Below are positions 15,001-27,800 of a DNA stretch of 64,000 nt, one piece after another (within the stretch, counting starts at the first letter, position 1; every line of letters begins with the position of its first letter). The DNA comes from an uncultured Lentisphaerales bacterium (GTDB lineage: Bacteria; Verrucomicrobiota; Lentisphaeria; JABSQK01; UBA12247), in contig CALSSJ010000010.1 in assembly GCA_943788985.1 (NCBI GenBank), forward strand, positions 289,323 to 353,322, in the 5' to 3' direction. The notes below the pieces were generated by a model. It did no database searches, was not told where the DNA came from, and saw only the letters and a program-made list of their open reading frames with translations. The translations under genes were made by a program, and so were the position numbers.

Positions 15001-18000
15001 CGGCAACCGCCACTGTCAATATCACTCAGAATGCTGAGATTGGGCTTGAGCAAGATACCGAGATCGTGACGTTCTCGGCAGAGACCGGGAGCGTGACCAG
15101 CAGCAATGTGATCTGGGCCGCCAGCGACATCAACGTCACAGCGGGAACCGACGTATCCAGCGGAAGCAGCCAGTGGACTGCAGACACTGGCTCGGTAACG
15201 GTTGCAGCTGATGAAGACGTGACGCTGAACAACCGCATCGAAGCCAACGACAACATCAGCGTGACCGCAAAGCATGCACTGAACGCTGGCAATCAGCTGT
15301 TGCTGGCTGCTACCGGAGACATCTCCTTGAGCGGTGGCGACGTGAGTGTGGGTGTTGCAGGCGCTGAAGCGACCGCAGGGAACATCGACATTGATGCAAC
15401 CTTGACTGATGCAGCTATCCGTGGTGACCTGACCGCAGGCAACGGCATTGCAGTCGACGCCGCTGGTGCGATCAGCACCGCCGAGGCAGTGCTGGACGCC
15501 CACGGTGACGATGGTGACGTTGTCCTGACCGCTGGCAGCAACATCAATCTTGGTATCGGTTCCGCCGAAGCTGGCGATGATGTGATCCTGACTGCAGGTG
15601 AGAACATCAATCAGATCGGCGACATTCGTGCCAACACCCATGCCGGGAACACTGAGCTGGACAGCGAAGGTGATGTTATCCTGACTGCCACAACCGGTGC
15701 CATCACCACAACTGGCCAGGTACTGAGCGGCGTGAACTACACCGCCGATGCAGCGAACTCCATCACGCTCGGCGATCTGGCAGGCGCAGCAAACAACGGC
15801 AATATTGATGTGACTGGCAACGTTCACGTCGGTCAGAACATCGAGCCGACCGGCGACATTGACTTCAACGCAGACATCAACGCCGATGGCGAGGTTCTGG
15901 TTGACGGTGGACATGATATCACATTGGCTGCGACTGAGGACATCATCGCAGTTGGTGATGTGAACATCGACGCAGGCGCCACCGCGCTGGTAGACGGCGA
16001 CATCAACGGCCATGACATCACGCTCCGCGGCGAGCATGCTCTTCTAATTAATGGAGAGCTGAATGCCACAGGCGAGACCAACCTGAGTGGTGGAACTATC
16101 GACGCAACGTCTGCCATCACCTCTGCTACCGACGTCACCGTTCGCTCCGATGAGGAAGTGACCCTGGCTGAGGTTGAGGCCTTGGGTGGCTTCGTTGACA
16201 TCTATGGTGGCGGACACGTCACCTTGAACGGCGATATTGAGGCCACGACGGATGTAACGGTCTTCAGTTTGGATGCTGGCATCACGCAGATTGGTAACAT
16301 CGGCACCAAGGTTGCTGTGGACACCGCAGACAACGTGACCTTGACCGCAGCGGTTGGCACGATCGTCAGTAGCGGCAACATCAACGCCGTGAACGACATC
16401 ACCATTGATGCACACACCGATGCAACACTGAGCGCACTGCTGGTGGCTGACACTGGCAACGTGAACTTGCTGTCCAACAATGCAGATGTGGTTGGCTTGA
16501 GCGGTTCGGCGATCGAAGCGACCGTTGGTGACGTCAACGTGACTGCTGGTTCCGACGTGAGCTTGGCGGACACTGTTAACGCGGGCACGGACTTCAACCT
16601 GAATGCAGTTGAGACCATCACCTTGGGTGGTGCAGTCACAACTGGTGGTGCAGTCAACGTCGGACAGACCACTCGGACGACCGGTGAGTTGGCCATCAAC
16701 GCAGCAGTTGACGCAACTGGCCCGATTGACATCGACGCAGAGGGCGGCATCGAGGTAGCAGACGTCTTGGTTGACGGCGACGCAGCTGTTACGATTGACA
16801 CACTGGGCAGCATTGATCTGAACGGCACACTGACGGGTGACAGCATTGCAGTACGCAGCGCTGAAGGAAACCTGGAAGTAGACGGCGTGGTTGCTGCTGA
16901 TGGCAGCACCGTGTTGTTGAGCGCTGCTGGCAACGTCGGTATCGATGATACCGTGGACGCCGCCACTGACGTGACCGTCTGGGCTGGTGACAGCATTTCG
17001 CAGACCGCAGCCATCGGCAGCGGCGGCCTGACCGACGCAATCAGCCTGACTGCTGAGCTCGGGACCGTTAGCAGCACTGCGAACATTACGGGCATCAGCA
17101 CGATTGACGTGACTGCCGGAACGGATGCAACCTTTGCAAATGACGTGATCGGTAGCGCCGTGACAGTGGTTGCTGGTCAGGATGCGGTAACTCGCTCCGG
17201 GATCGTTGACGCCAACGATGGCGCGGTTGCGATCTCCGCAAACCGCAATGTGACGCTGGGATCCGGCGGAACTGAAGCGACCAACGGTGTGACTCTTGCT
17301 GCCGATCAGGCGCTGTGGGTAAACGGCAACGTGAACGCTGACAGCAACTCCGACGGAACGGGTGACATCGACCTGGATGCAACCAACGGTTCGCTTTGGG
17401 CCAACGGCACGCTGGACGGGGCGAACCTGACTGCTGACGCAGGGAACACCCTGACCATCGCTGGCAACACTACCACAACTGGTGCGATCATCATCGGCGG
17501 CACGACGGTTCCGGCTGGCGACATTAGCATCACGGCTACCAACGTGGATGCAACCGGCGATATCACTGTCAACGGCGGTGCAGACGTCTCGCAGAGCGGC
17601 ACGCTTGATACCGACGGTGCTCTGTCCATCACTAACGGTGGCGCGGTCGACTTGGACGGCACCGTTGGTGCAGCGAGCATTGCGCTCGATGCCGCTGGCG
17701 ATGTTGATGCAGCGGGTACACTGAGCATTGACGGCAGCGGCCTCACGATTGAGTCCGACAGCGATGTCAGCCTGAGCGAGGCAATCTCTGCGGTTACTAA
17801 CGTTACAATCAATGCTGATGGCTCCATCGAGCACGACAGCACACTGACGGCTGTAACCGCTTCGCTGAAGGCTACCAATGGTGACATCACCAGCGGTGGT
17901 GCCATCACGCTGAGTGGTGACCTGAGTGCGGACGCCGGCCAGAATGTTCGCTTCGACGATACCGTCACCGCTGCCACCATCGAGGTGGGGGCTGGCGCCG

Positions 18001-21000
18001 ATCTACGCACGACTGAGCTGGTCAGTGCCACTGCTGGCAACGCCAGCCTGCGCAGCAGCGAAGATGCGACAATCGGCAGTGGCGGCGTGACTGCTACTGG
18101 CGATGTGAGCGTCTGGGCTGCCAACAGCTTGGATCAGAACGGCGCACTGAGCGCTGGCGGCAATGTCTCTGCCATCGCCCAAACCGGTGGCTTGACGGTT
18201 GACGCAACCATTGACGGTACAGATGTCACGTTGGACGCTAATGATACGCTGGCGATCAACAGCGATGTGACTGCAACCAGCGACCTCCTGATTGGCATCA
18301 ATACGCCAGACGAAATCAACGTGGATGCAAACCTGACTGGCACTGACAGTTTAACCGTTCGCGGGCAGGGCGACCTGACGCAGACCGGCGGTCATGCCAT
18401 CAGCAGCGACGGACTCATCGACGTAAATGTTGGTGGTGCCCTTACACTGCACGGTAGCGCAACTGGTTCCGACCTGAACTTGGCAGCGGATGCGGCAACG
18501 GTCGCAGTCCTGGCTGCGATTGGCGGAGATGCTGCAATCATTGCTCGTGAAGGCGATGCAATCTTCACCGATACGGTCGACGCAACTGGCGCACTGACGA
18601 TCGGTGCCAATGGCGCAGTTGAAACGTCCAGCACTCTGACGGCCGGTGCACTAATCGACATTGATGCAACCACGGGCGACATTGACCTCGGTGGCGCTGT
18701 GATCGGTGGCGCTGTAAGCGGCTTGGCTGCGGGCGACATCCATACGGACGCCGCGATCTCCGCAATTGCGGGGAGCGTCGAGCTGACCAGCACGACTGGT
18801 GAAGTTGATGTCGCAGGTGTTACTGCGAGCGATGCAATTGCACTGGACGCTGCAGCCAACCTGGCGCATGGCGCTCTGAATGCAGGCGGCGACGTCAGTG
18901 CTAACGCTGGCGGAAGCTGGAATGGTGCTTCGATTGTTGGTAACAACGTCGCTGCGAATGCCGCTATCAATGGTCTGATTGGCGACATCACCGCTGACGG
19001 CACTGTCACGATCGGTGTAGCTGGCGAACAGGCCGGTGTCCTTGAGTTGGCTGGTGTCGTTGACGCCGCTGGTGCCGTCAACGTAGTGGGCGAAGACGAC
19101 GTAACGTTGAGTGGTGCATCGCTGGACAGTGACAGCACGGTGAACATCAGCGCTGCTGAGAACCTAAGCCTGATTGGCACGGTCGGTGGTACTGAGGTAA
19201 CGCTCACGGGTGCCAATGTGACCGCAAGCAGCGTGGCCGCTGACGCCGGTGACGTGACAGCCACCAGCGTGGGCGCTGTCTCAATCAGCGAGGCGACCGC
19301 AACGAATAGCATTGCGATCTCCGCAGATAGCATCACACTCAACGATGCGACCGCAGACAGCGACACTAACAATGACGGCGACTTGCTGCTGACCGCAGTG
19401 GGCGCAGTCAACCTGAGTGGCGACAACAGTGCCGAGAATGCCACGGTCACTGCCGGTGACTTCCTGATGGCCAGCGATGCCAGCCTGGCAGTCGTTGACA
19501 GTGTGGACGTAACTGCGACGGGTGTGGCTGCAATCTCCGACATCGGTGCAACCAATGCCACGATTAGCGCTGATTCAATCATCGAGTCCGGTGACGACAG
19601 CGACGCAGATCTGACCGCTCGTCGGATTTGGCTGAGTGCCGAGAATGGGATCGGCGAGAATGGCCTGACCGCTTCTCAGAATGCAATCGAGATTGATGGC
19701 GGTGTTGAAGTTGGTATCTCGACCGTCACTTGGAACGGCACAGATGACCGCCTTGAGTTTGGCACCAATGGCGACCATGGGCTGCAGGTTGGTGATCAGA
19801 TCGTGGTTTCCGGGACGGACAACTACAATGGCCCGGTCGAAGTGACGCAGGTCATTGATAGTACAACCTTTGTCACGAGCCAAACTCACGTCTACGACGA
19901 GGCTGCTAATCTGGGTGTCACTGACATTGCTGCGGATGGCACTTCGATCTTGACGATCGCCTACAACCGCCATGAGGACCGTATGGAATTCACCACCAGC
20001 GGTAACCATGGCCTCGAGCCTGGCGATGTGATTGCGATCAACAACACCGGCAACTTCAACGGTGCTGCTGTGGTTGTCACGCAGGTGCTGAACGGCACGA
20101 CCTTTGTCACTGGCCAGGACCCGGATCGTAGCGAGACGAACCTGACCACCGCTGAGATCAACCGCGGCGTGACCTACACCACGGCTGGCCAGCATGGTCT
20201 GCGCGTGGGCGACGAAGTCGAATTGGCCGATACCACTGGTTACAACGGTACCGCCGTCGTGACCTGTATCATTGATGACACTACCTTCGTGACCAACCAG
20301 TTGACCGATGCCGATGAGGTTACTGGAACGCTCGTTCGTGACTTCAACCTTGGGCACGCCGAATTAATCGCGACGACGACCGGCGACGACGCAGACATCC
20401 TGCTGCGTGGTCTCAATACAGTTGCACTGACAATCAACGAGCTGTCGACGCAGAACGGCGATATCTCACTGGTGGCTGACAACGATATCGTCGCTCACAT
20501 GGTCATGGCTCTGGATTATGGTAGTCCTGGAGTTGATGTGGATGGCGATGGAATCATCGAAGAAGGAATCAACGGTGACCTTGATGACGCCCACGACCTG
20601 ACGCTGATCTCAAATGGTGGCTCACTGACTATCGCTGGTACGGTTCTGGCTGATGCCAATGCGAACATTCAGTCAGCCGAAGGGATCATCACTGACCTCA
20701 ATGGTGACGGCGATGCCGACGGTGGCGTAGTCGCTGGCGTGATCAACATCACGGTGCCAAGTACTGTTACCGCTGATCAGACCTTCGGGGGGCTTCACTT
20801 CCAACACGACGATCACGATCAACAACCAAGGCGAAGGCGAAACCGTTATTCTCCGCAATGGCCTGGTCGCCAGTGGCGATGTCGGGATCACCAGTGTGAA
20901 TGACGTTCACCTGTACGAAAACGCGATCACCTCCGGCGGCGACATCGCGCTGGCCAGTACTGGTGGTACTCGCGTTGTCTCCGATACTCACGGTCAGCTG

Positions 21001-21762
21001 ATTTGGACTGATTACGGCGGCGATATCCTGGACGGCGCTTCTACAGATCCGCTGAATCTACGCGGTGAGCAGGAGCTGGACCCTGTCACAAAGCTGCCTA
21101 CCGGTCGCATCATTCCGGGCACACAGGTTCGTGACACAGACATCTACGCCACTAACCTGAATGCCGCTGGCAGCATCACTCTCTCTGCTTGGGGCTGGAT
21201 TGGCAAGGACGTCGAGCATGTCCCATCCACTGACGGCGATCCACCACTCTTTGGCGACGTGGATCCGATCGAGCTGGATGCCGGTACTAACCTGACGTTC
21301 GAGTACTTGGGCGACCGCGATCTGGGAGCAACGTTCTGGGCACTGGCTGTAGGCGAGATCGACGGCGAGCGGGTTCCGGACAACGTAGACTTTGTGCACG
21401 CTGCTGATGAGGATCGCGTGCCACCAGGGTACATCTACTACAATGGCGATTTTGTCGGTGGTCAGACACAGCCAGTACGTGAGTACATCCGGATGCAGCA
21501 GGCACATCACATGATGCGCAAGCTGCTGCAGGAGCAAGCTGTTCTGCAGCCGGGCTACTTCACGCACGTACTTTCCGAGATGAACAATATCTGGGAGATC
21601 CCAGCCATTGAGTACATGAACAATGGTGGTGGCTATATCTTTGGCCTACCGGTTCATACTGAGCTTCCTGCACACATCGATATTCTCGAAATGCAGGACG
21701 ATCAGTTCCGTTGGGCCGAGAGCCCAGAGGAGCGCTCGCAGCGCAGTCAGCTGTCTAAGTAA
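2..21762 (+). CDS. Giant filamentous haemagglutinin/TpsA-like beta-helical surface protein (5' end outside the window; split by many apparent indel errors)
   Basis: Frame open from base 2. ORF fragments 41-3013, 2805-3806, 7340-8101, 8022-9398, 11109-12348, 12732-20903 and 20896-21762 share one A/G/T/D/V/I/N-rich beta-helix style (e.g. 'AGxDITLxAxxxI') and join across frame changes. Nearly Cys-free. Final stop TAA at 21760-21762. The TPS secretion domain would lie upstream and is not visible. Confidence 0.8.
3509..3637 (+). repeat. Perfect 60-bp tandem duplication (VTAGNDVTLANTTDATGDVT x2)
   Basis: 3509-3568 is repeated identically at 3569-3628, and identity continues to 3637. Confidence 0.9.
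7340..12800 (+). repeat. Intragenic tandem array of about 8 units of 660-690 bp (about 220-228 aa) in the haemagglutinin-like gene
   Basis: Marker ctgat(c/t)ac(t/g)ca ('LITQ/H') recurs at about 7382, 8067, 8751, 9436, 10109, 10797, 11457, 12118 and 12783. 'RANTGWIN/RADTGWIN' occurs once per unit. Confidence 0.85.
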
Positions 21763-21851
21763 GACAGCTTCTCTGTCCTGAAGGTTGAATAATTCGGTTG
21801 TCTAGACCGGACAACCGCTCAAACGGTTCCGGGGTTCAATTGAACCTCCGG
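21749..21851 (+). promoter_or_regulatory. Cluster of three inverted repeats between the two giant genes
   Basis: AGCTGTCT-AAGTA-AGACAGCT (21749-21769, spans the stop codon); CGGTTGTC-N7-GACAACCG (21795-21817); CCGG-GGTTCAATTGAACC-TCCGG (21829-21851). No clear U-tract. AGGA RBS at 21874-21877. Confidence 0.5.
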
Positions 21852-21886
21852 TTCCTTGTGTCTACAAATAAGCAGGAACGTAAATA

Positions 21887-24800
21887 ATGAACACGATTCA
21901 CTCAATACGAACTCTGACGTGGATGATCCTCGTCGGAGTTTTAGCAACACTTAACGGCTTGGCAGATGTCAGCGTACAGATTTCCCAGCCAGCCGCCGGT
22001 ATTTGGAATGGCGCCCCACTCCAAGATACCAAAGACGGAGAAGGCGACATCGTATCAGAAAATACTGACCCTAGGAGTAGTGTCACGATTGACGCGTCCG
22101 TGCCGATCACTGGTGGCGAGACGATCAACGAAGTGCTCTACGAATTCAGTTTTGACTCGGCCGCTGGTCCGTGGACTGAGATTCAGACTTTGGTCAATGG
22201 CGTCGATGATTTGAGTTCCTTTACGATTGAGTGGTCCGCAGCAGCCTCACTGACTGCTTGGATTGCGGCGAACGTTGCCGGGGACCCAAGTCTGACTGCG
22301 AACGAATCCGCGGATGGGAATCACAAGCGCGATGTCTGGCTGCGAGTCACCATTGATCACAGCGGTGGTACCTCTCAGACCGCGGAGCACTTGTTCCATC
22401 TGGACAATGAGCAACCGCAGGTAGATCCGATGCCGCAGTTGACGTTTCCGTACTACACGGCGTCCCGGACGGTCGCTCCAAACTGGCTCGCTGGGCAGGA
22501 CGGTACCCCACCGGAAGTGGACAGTACGTTGTTTACCGCTGCAGATGTAGCTGGTATTGATTCGTACAGAATCATTACCAACCAGGAATCGACGATGGTG
22601 CTGCCGCGGATTGAGAATAAGACCAAGCTTCCAACAAACGTCTCGCTCTCGGGGCCCGAAGTGAATCCGTTCTATATTCACGTTCGGACGCGTGACGCAA
22701 ACCTCAATGCCAATGGTGCCAACTGGACTGAGACGCGCTCGTGGGGTCCGATAATCGTAGACGAGACGCCTCCGGAGGTGACGATCACCCCCAACAGCGG
22801 CAGCATTCCCTGTGATCCAATTACGTTCACCGTGACCTTTAACGAGCTGGTGGACGATCACCCGCAGGTTGCGAATCGGGATCTATTTGATCCGGCCACG
22901 GAGATCAGCATCAGCTAACGGTACGCTTACGTTTCCCATACCGAAGGCACCGGCTCCGAGGAGAACTTGGTCTGGTACGTTGTGGTTGATCCAACGGTGA
23001 CGGGGCCGGTCACTCTGACAGTGGCTGCCGGGATGACGCACGACCAGGCAGGGAACAATAATAACGGCAATTCTGGGACTGTGGCCTATGCGGCCGGGAC
23101 TGTCGCCTTTGCAGCAGCAAGCAGTAGCGTGACCGAAGGGGCTGGTTCTGCTGCATTTGTGGTCGAGTTCAGTGCGGCCGTCGGCGTTGTGCTTGAATGT
23201 GAGTTTACCGTGGATGTGGTCGTGTCTGGCGGCACTGCCGTTGCGGGCGGCGACTACACTTTTAGCCCCGTGACCCAGACCGTGACTTTCGGGGTTGGCG
23301 ACGCGGATGGCGCCACGCGTGTGATTGGTGTTCCCATCACGAATGACACCGAGATTGAGTGTAACGAGACTGCCACCTTTCAGTTGCAGAACGTGGGGTT
23401 AAATCAGGCCGTGACTCTTGGCGCACAGACCGACCACGAATTGACGATTGATGATGACGCGGCCGACAGCGCGACTCTTCATTTCGTCGCATCGAGTGTG
23501 ACCTATTCTGAGAACTCCGGCGCCATCACTGTCGCCGTTGAGCTGGAAGCTGCCGGAGGTGTTACGCTGCAGTGTCCTTTGAGTGTGAACGTACGGGACC
23601 TGCAGAGCGGTTCTGCAAATGGCAGCGACTACTCGGTTCCAAGCGTCACGCAAATTCTTACTTTCGCACCCGGTGCCGCTAACGGGACAACAGCAGTTGC
23701 CCTCCTCACAATCACCGACGACAGCTTGATCGAGTGCGTGGATGAGACAGTTAACTTCATTTTGGAATCGGTCGTGACTGACAGCGCTGTGTTATTGGCC
23801 GCCTCTACGCTCCACACCGCAGTGATTCAGGACAACGACATCACGAGTATATCGTTGGTTGCGACTGATGCCGCGGCGGACGAAACGGGTGCCAACGATG
23901 GTACTTTTGCAGTTCGCCTCGATAGCGGAAACAACACGCAGGACGACATTGTCGTTACCTATATCGTGAGCGGCACTGCTTCCGATGGCACTGACTATGC
24001 TACGATTAGTGGTAGTGCCACAATCTCCGGCGGCACCTCCAGCACCACGATTGCCGTAGACGTCTCCTCGGACAGCTTGGCTGAGTGTGATGAAACGGTG
24101 GTTCTGACTCTTACTGCGGTTGGCTGCGGCTCGATCAATGGGAGTAGCTCCACCGACACCGTTACGATTACCGATAACACGCAAGGCGTGTCGATCGTTG
24201 CCACTGACAACACTGGGACTGAGGGCGTTGACAATGCGTCCTTCACGGTCGCTTTGGACAATGGTGATGTTGCCTCCACCAACTATGTGGTGAGCTACAC
24301 GATCAGCGGCACAGCGGACAATGGCACGGACTACACGACGATCGCCGATACGGTGACGATCCCAGCTGGTGCGAACAGCGCGGCAATCGCGATTACGGTG
24401 CTGGATGACGGTGTGGCCGATTGTAGTGAGACCGTGACCTTGATCCTGACTGGTGCCGACGACTGCCTGGTGCTGGGTGCGACCACGACTGCCGATGCTG
24501 ACATCGATGATCAGGCGCAGGGCGTTTCGATCACGGCGAGCGACGATCATGGGGTGGAAGACAGCGACCATGCTGAATTTACGGTATCGCTGGATACTGG
24601 CGACGTGGCCGAGCAGGCGTACGTGGTGAGCTACTCGATCACTGGGTCCGCCAGCAATGGCACGGACTATGCGACCATCGCGGACACGGTGACGATTCCG
24701 CAGGGTGCTTCTAGTGCGTCGATTACGATCACGGTGCTGGATGACGGTGTTGCTGATTGTAGCGAGACTGTGACGTTGACCCTGACTGGAGCGGACGACT

Positions 24801-27800
24801 GCCTGGTGCTGGGCGCGACCACGACTGCCGACGCTGACATCGACGATCAGGCGCAGGGCGTTTCGATCACGGCGAGCGACGACCATGGGGTGGAAGATAG
24901 CGATCACGCCGAATTTACGGTTTCGCTGGATACTGGCGACGTGGCCGAGCAGGCGTACGTGGTGAGCTACTCGATTACTGGTTCAGCCAGCAATGGCACG
25001 GACTACACGACGATCGCCGACACGGTGACGATTCCGCAGGGTGCTTCGAGCGCGTCGATTACGATCACGGTGCTGGATGACGGTGTTGCTGATTGTAGCG
25101 AGACTGTGACGTTGACTCTGACTGGCGCAGACGACTGCCTGGTGCTGGGTGCGACCACGACTGCCGACGCTGACATCGATGATCAGGCGCAGGGCGTTTC
25201 GATCACGGCGAGCGACGACCATGGGGTGGAAGACAGCGACCATGCCGAATTTACGGTATCGCTGGATACTGGCGACGTTGCCGAACAGGCGTACGTGGTG
25301 AGCTACTCGATTACTGGTTCAGCCAGCAATGGTACGGACTATGCGACCATCGCGGACACGGTGACGATTCCGCAGGGTGCTTCTAGTGCTGCGATTACGA
25401 TCACGGTGCTGGATGACGGTGTCGCTGATTGTAGCGAGACTGTGACGTTGACTCTGACCGGCGCAGACGACTGCCTGGTGCTGGGTGCGACCACGACTGC
25501 CGATGCTGACATCGATGATCAGGCGCAGGGCGTTTCGATCACGGCGAGCGACGACCATGGGGTGGAAGATAGCGATCACGCCGAATTTACGGTTTCGCTG
25601 GATACTGGCGACGTGGCCGAACAGGCGTACGTGGTGAGCTACTCGATCACTGGTTCAGCCAGCAATGGCACGGACTACACGACGATTGCGGACACGGTGA
25701 CGATTCCACAGGGTGCTTCTAGTGCGTCGATTACGATCACGGTGCTGGATGACGGTGTCGCTGATTGTAGCGAGACTGTGACGCTTGACTCTGACCGGTG
25801 CAGACGACTGCCTGGTGCTGGGTGCGACCACGACTGCCGACGCCGACATCGATGATCAGGCGCAGGGTGTTTCGATCACCGCGAGCGACGACCATGGTGT
25901 TGAAGACAGCGACCATGCCGAGTTTACGGTTTCGCTGGATACTGGCGACGTAGCCGAGCAGGCGTACGTGGTGAGCTACTCGATTACTGGTTCTGCCAGC
26001 AATGGCACGGACTATGCGACGATCGCGGACACGGTGACGATTCCACAGGGTGCTTCTAGTGCGTCGATTACGATCACGGTGCTGGATGACGGTGTCGCTG
26101 ATTGTAGCGAGACTGTGACGTTGACTCTGACCGGCGCAGACGACTGCCTGGTGCTGGGTGCGACCACGACTGCCGACGCTGACATCGATGATCAGGCGCA
26201 GGGCGTTTCGATCACCGCGAGCGACGACCATGGGGTTGAAGACAGCGACCATGCTGAGTTTACGGTCTCGCTGGATACTGGCGACGTGGCCGAGCAGGCG
26301 TACGTGGTGAGCTACTCGATCACTGGTTCAGCCAGCAATGGCACGGACTATGCGACCGATCGCGGACACGGTGACGATTCCGCAGGGTGCTTCGAGCGCG
26401 TCGATTACGATCACGGTGCTGGATGACGGTGTGGCTGATTGTAGCGAGACTGTGACGCTGACTCTCACTGGCGCAGACGACTGCCTGGTGCTGGGTGCGA
26501 CCACGACTGCCGATGCTGACATCGATGATCAGGCGCAGGGCGTTTCGATCACGGCGAGCGACGACCATGGGGTGGAAGATAGCGATCACGCCGAATTTAC
26601 GGTTTCGCTGGATACTGGCGACGTGGCCGAGCAGGCGTACGTGGTGAGCTACTCGATTACTGGTTCTGCCAGCAATGGTACGGACTATGCGACCATCGCG
26701 GACACGGTGACGATTCCACAGGGTGCTTCTAGTGCGTCGATTACGATCACGGTGCTGGATGACGGTGTCGCTGATTGTAGCGAGACTGTGACGCTTGACT
26801 CTGACCGGCGCAGACGACTGCCTGGTGCTGGGTGCGACCACGACTGCCGATGCCGACATCGATGATCAGGCGCAGGGCGTTTCGATCACCGCGAGCGACG
26901 ACCATGGTGTTGAAGACAGCGACCATGCTGAGTTTACGGTTTCGCTGGATACTGGCGATGTAGCCGAGCAGGCGTACGTGGTGAGCTACTCGATCACTGG
27001 GTCCGCCAGCAATGGCACGGACTATGCGACCATCGCGGACACGGTGACGATTCCACAGGGTGCTTCTAGTGCGTCGATTACGATCACGGTGCTGGATGAC
27101 GGTGTCGCTGATTGTAGCGAGACCGTGACGCTGACTCTGACTGGCGCAGACGACTGCCTGGTGCTGGGTGCGACCACGACTGCCGACGCTGACATCGATG
27201 ATCAGGCGCAGGGCGTTTCGATCACGGCGAGCGACGACCATGGGGTGGAAGACAGCGACCATGCCGAATTTACGGTATCGCTGGATACTGGCGACGTGGC
27301 CGAGCAGGCGTACGTGGTGAGCTACTCGATTACTGGTTCAGCCAGCAATGGCACGGACTACACGACGATCGCGGACACGGTGACGATTCCGCAGGGTGCT
27401 TCGAGTGCTCGATTACGATCACGGTGCTGGATGACGGTGTGGCTGATTGTAGCGAGACTGTGACGTTGACTCTGACTGGCGCAGACGACTGCCTGGTGCT
27501 GGGTGCGACCACGACTGCCGATGCTGACATCGATGATCAGGCGCAGGGCGTTTCGATCACGGCGAGCGACGACCATGGGGTGGAAGACAGCGACCATGCC
27601 GAATTTACGGTTTCGCTGGATACTGGCGACGTAGCCGAGCAGGCGTACGTGGTGAGCTACTCGATTACTGGTTCTGCCAGCAATGGCACGGACTACACGA
27701 CGATTGCTGACACGGTGACGATTCCACAGGGTGCTTCGAGTGCCTCGATTACGATCACGGTGCTGGATGACGGTGTTGCTGATTGTAGCGAGACCGTGAC

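Noticed and set aside
20787..20792. G6 tract as a phase-variation switch for the TpsA C-terminus
   Set aside because: Removing one G restores the frame, but G6 is short for a contingency locus and homopolymer miscalls are the commonest long-read error.
20896..21886. CDI toxin-immunity pair
   Set aside because: No pre-toxin motif, no recognisable toxin domain and no small downstream immunity ORF.
22916..22918. In-frame TAA splitting the Calx-beta gene into two genes
   Set aside because: It lies mid Ig-domain, where a shifted frame reads 'NGT' as expected for this fold. Compensating local indels explain it, and the downstream ORF has no signal peptide or clear RBS.
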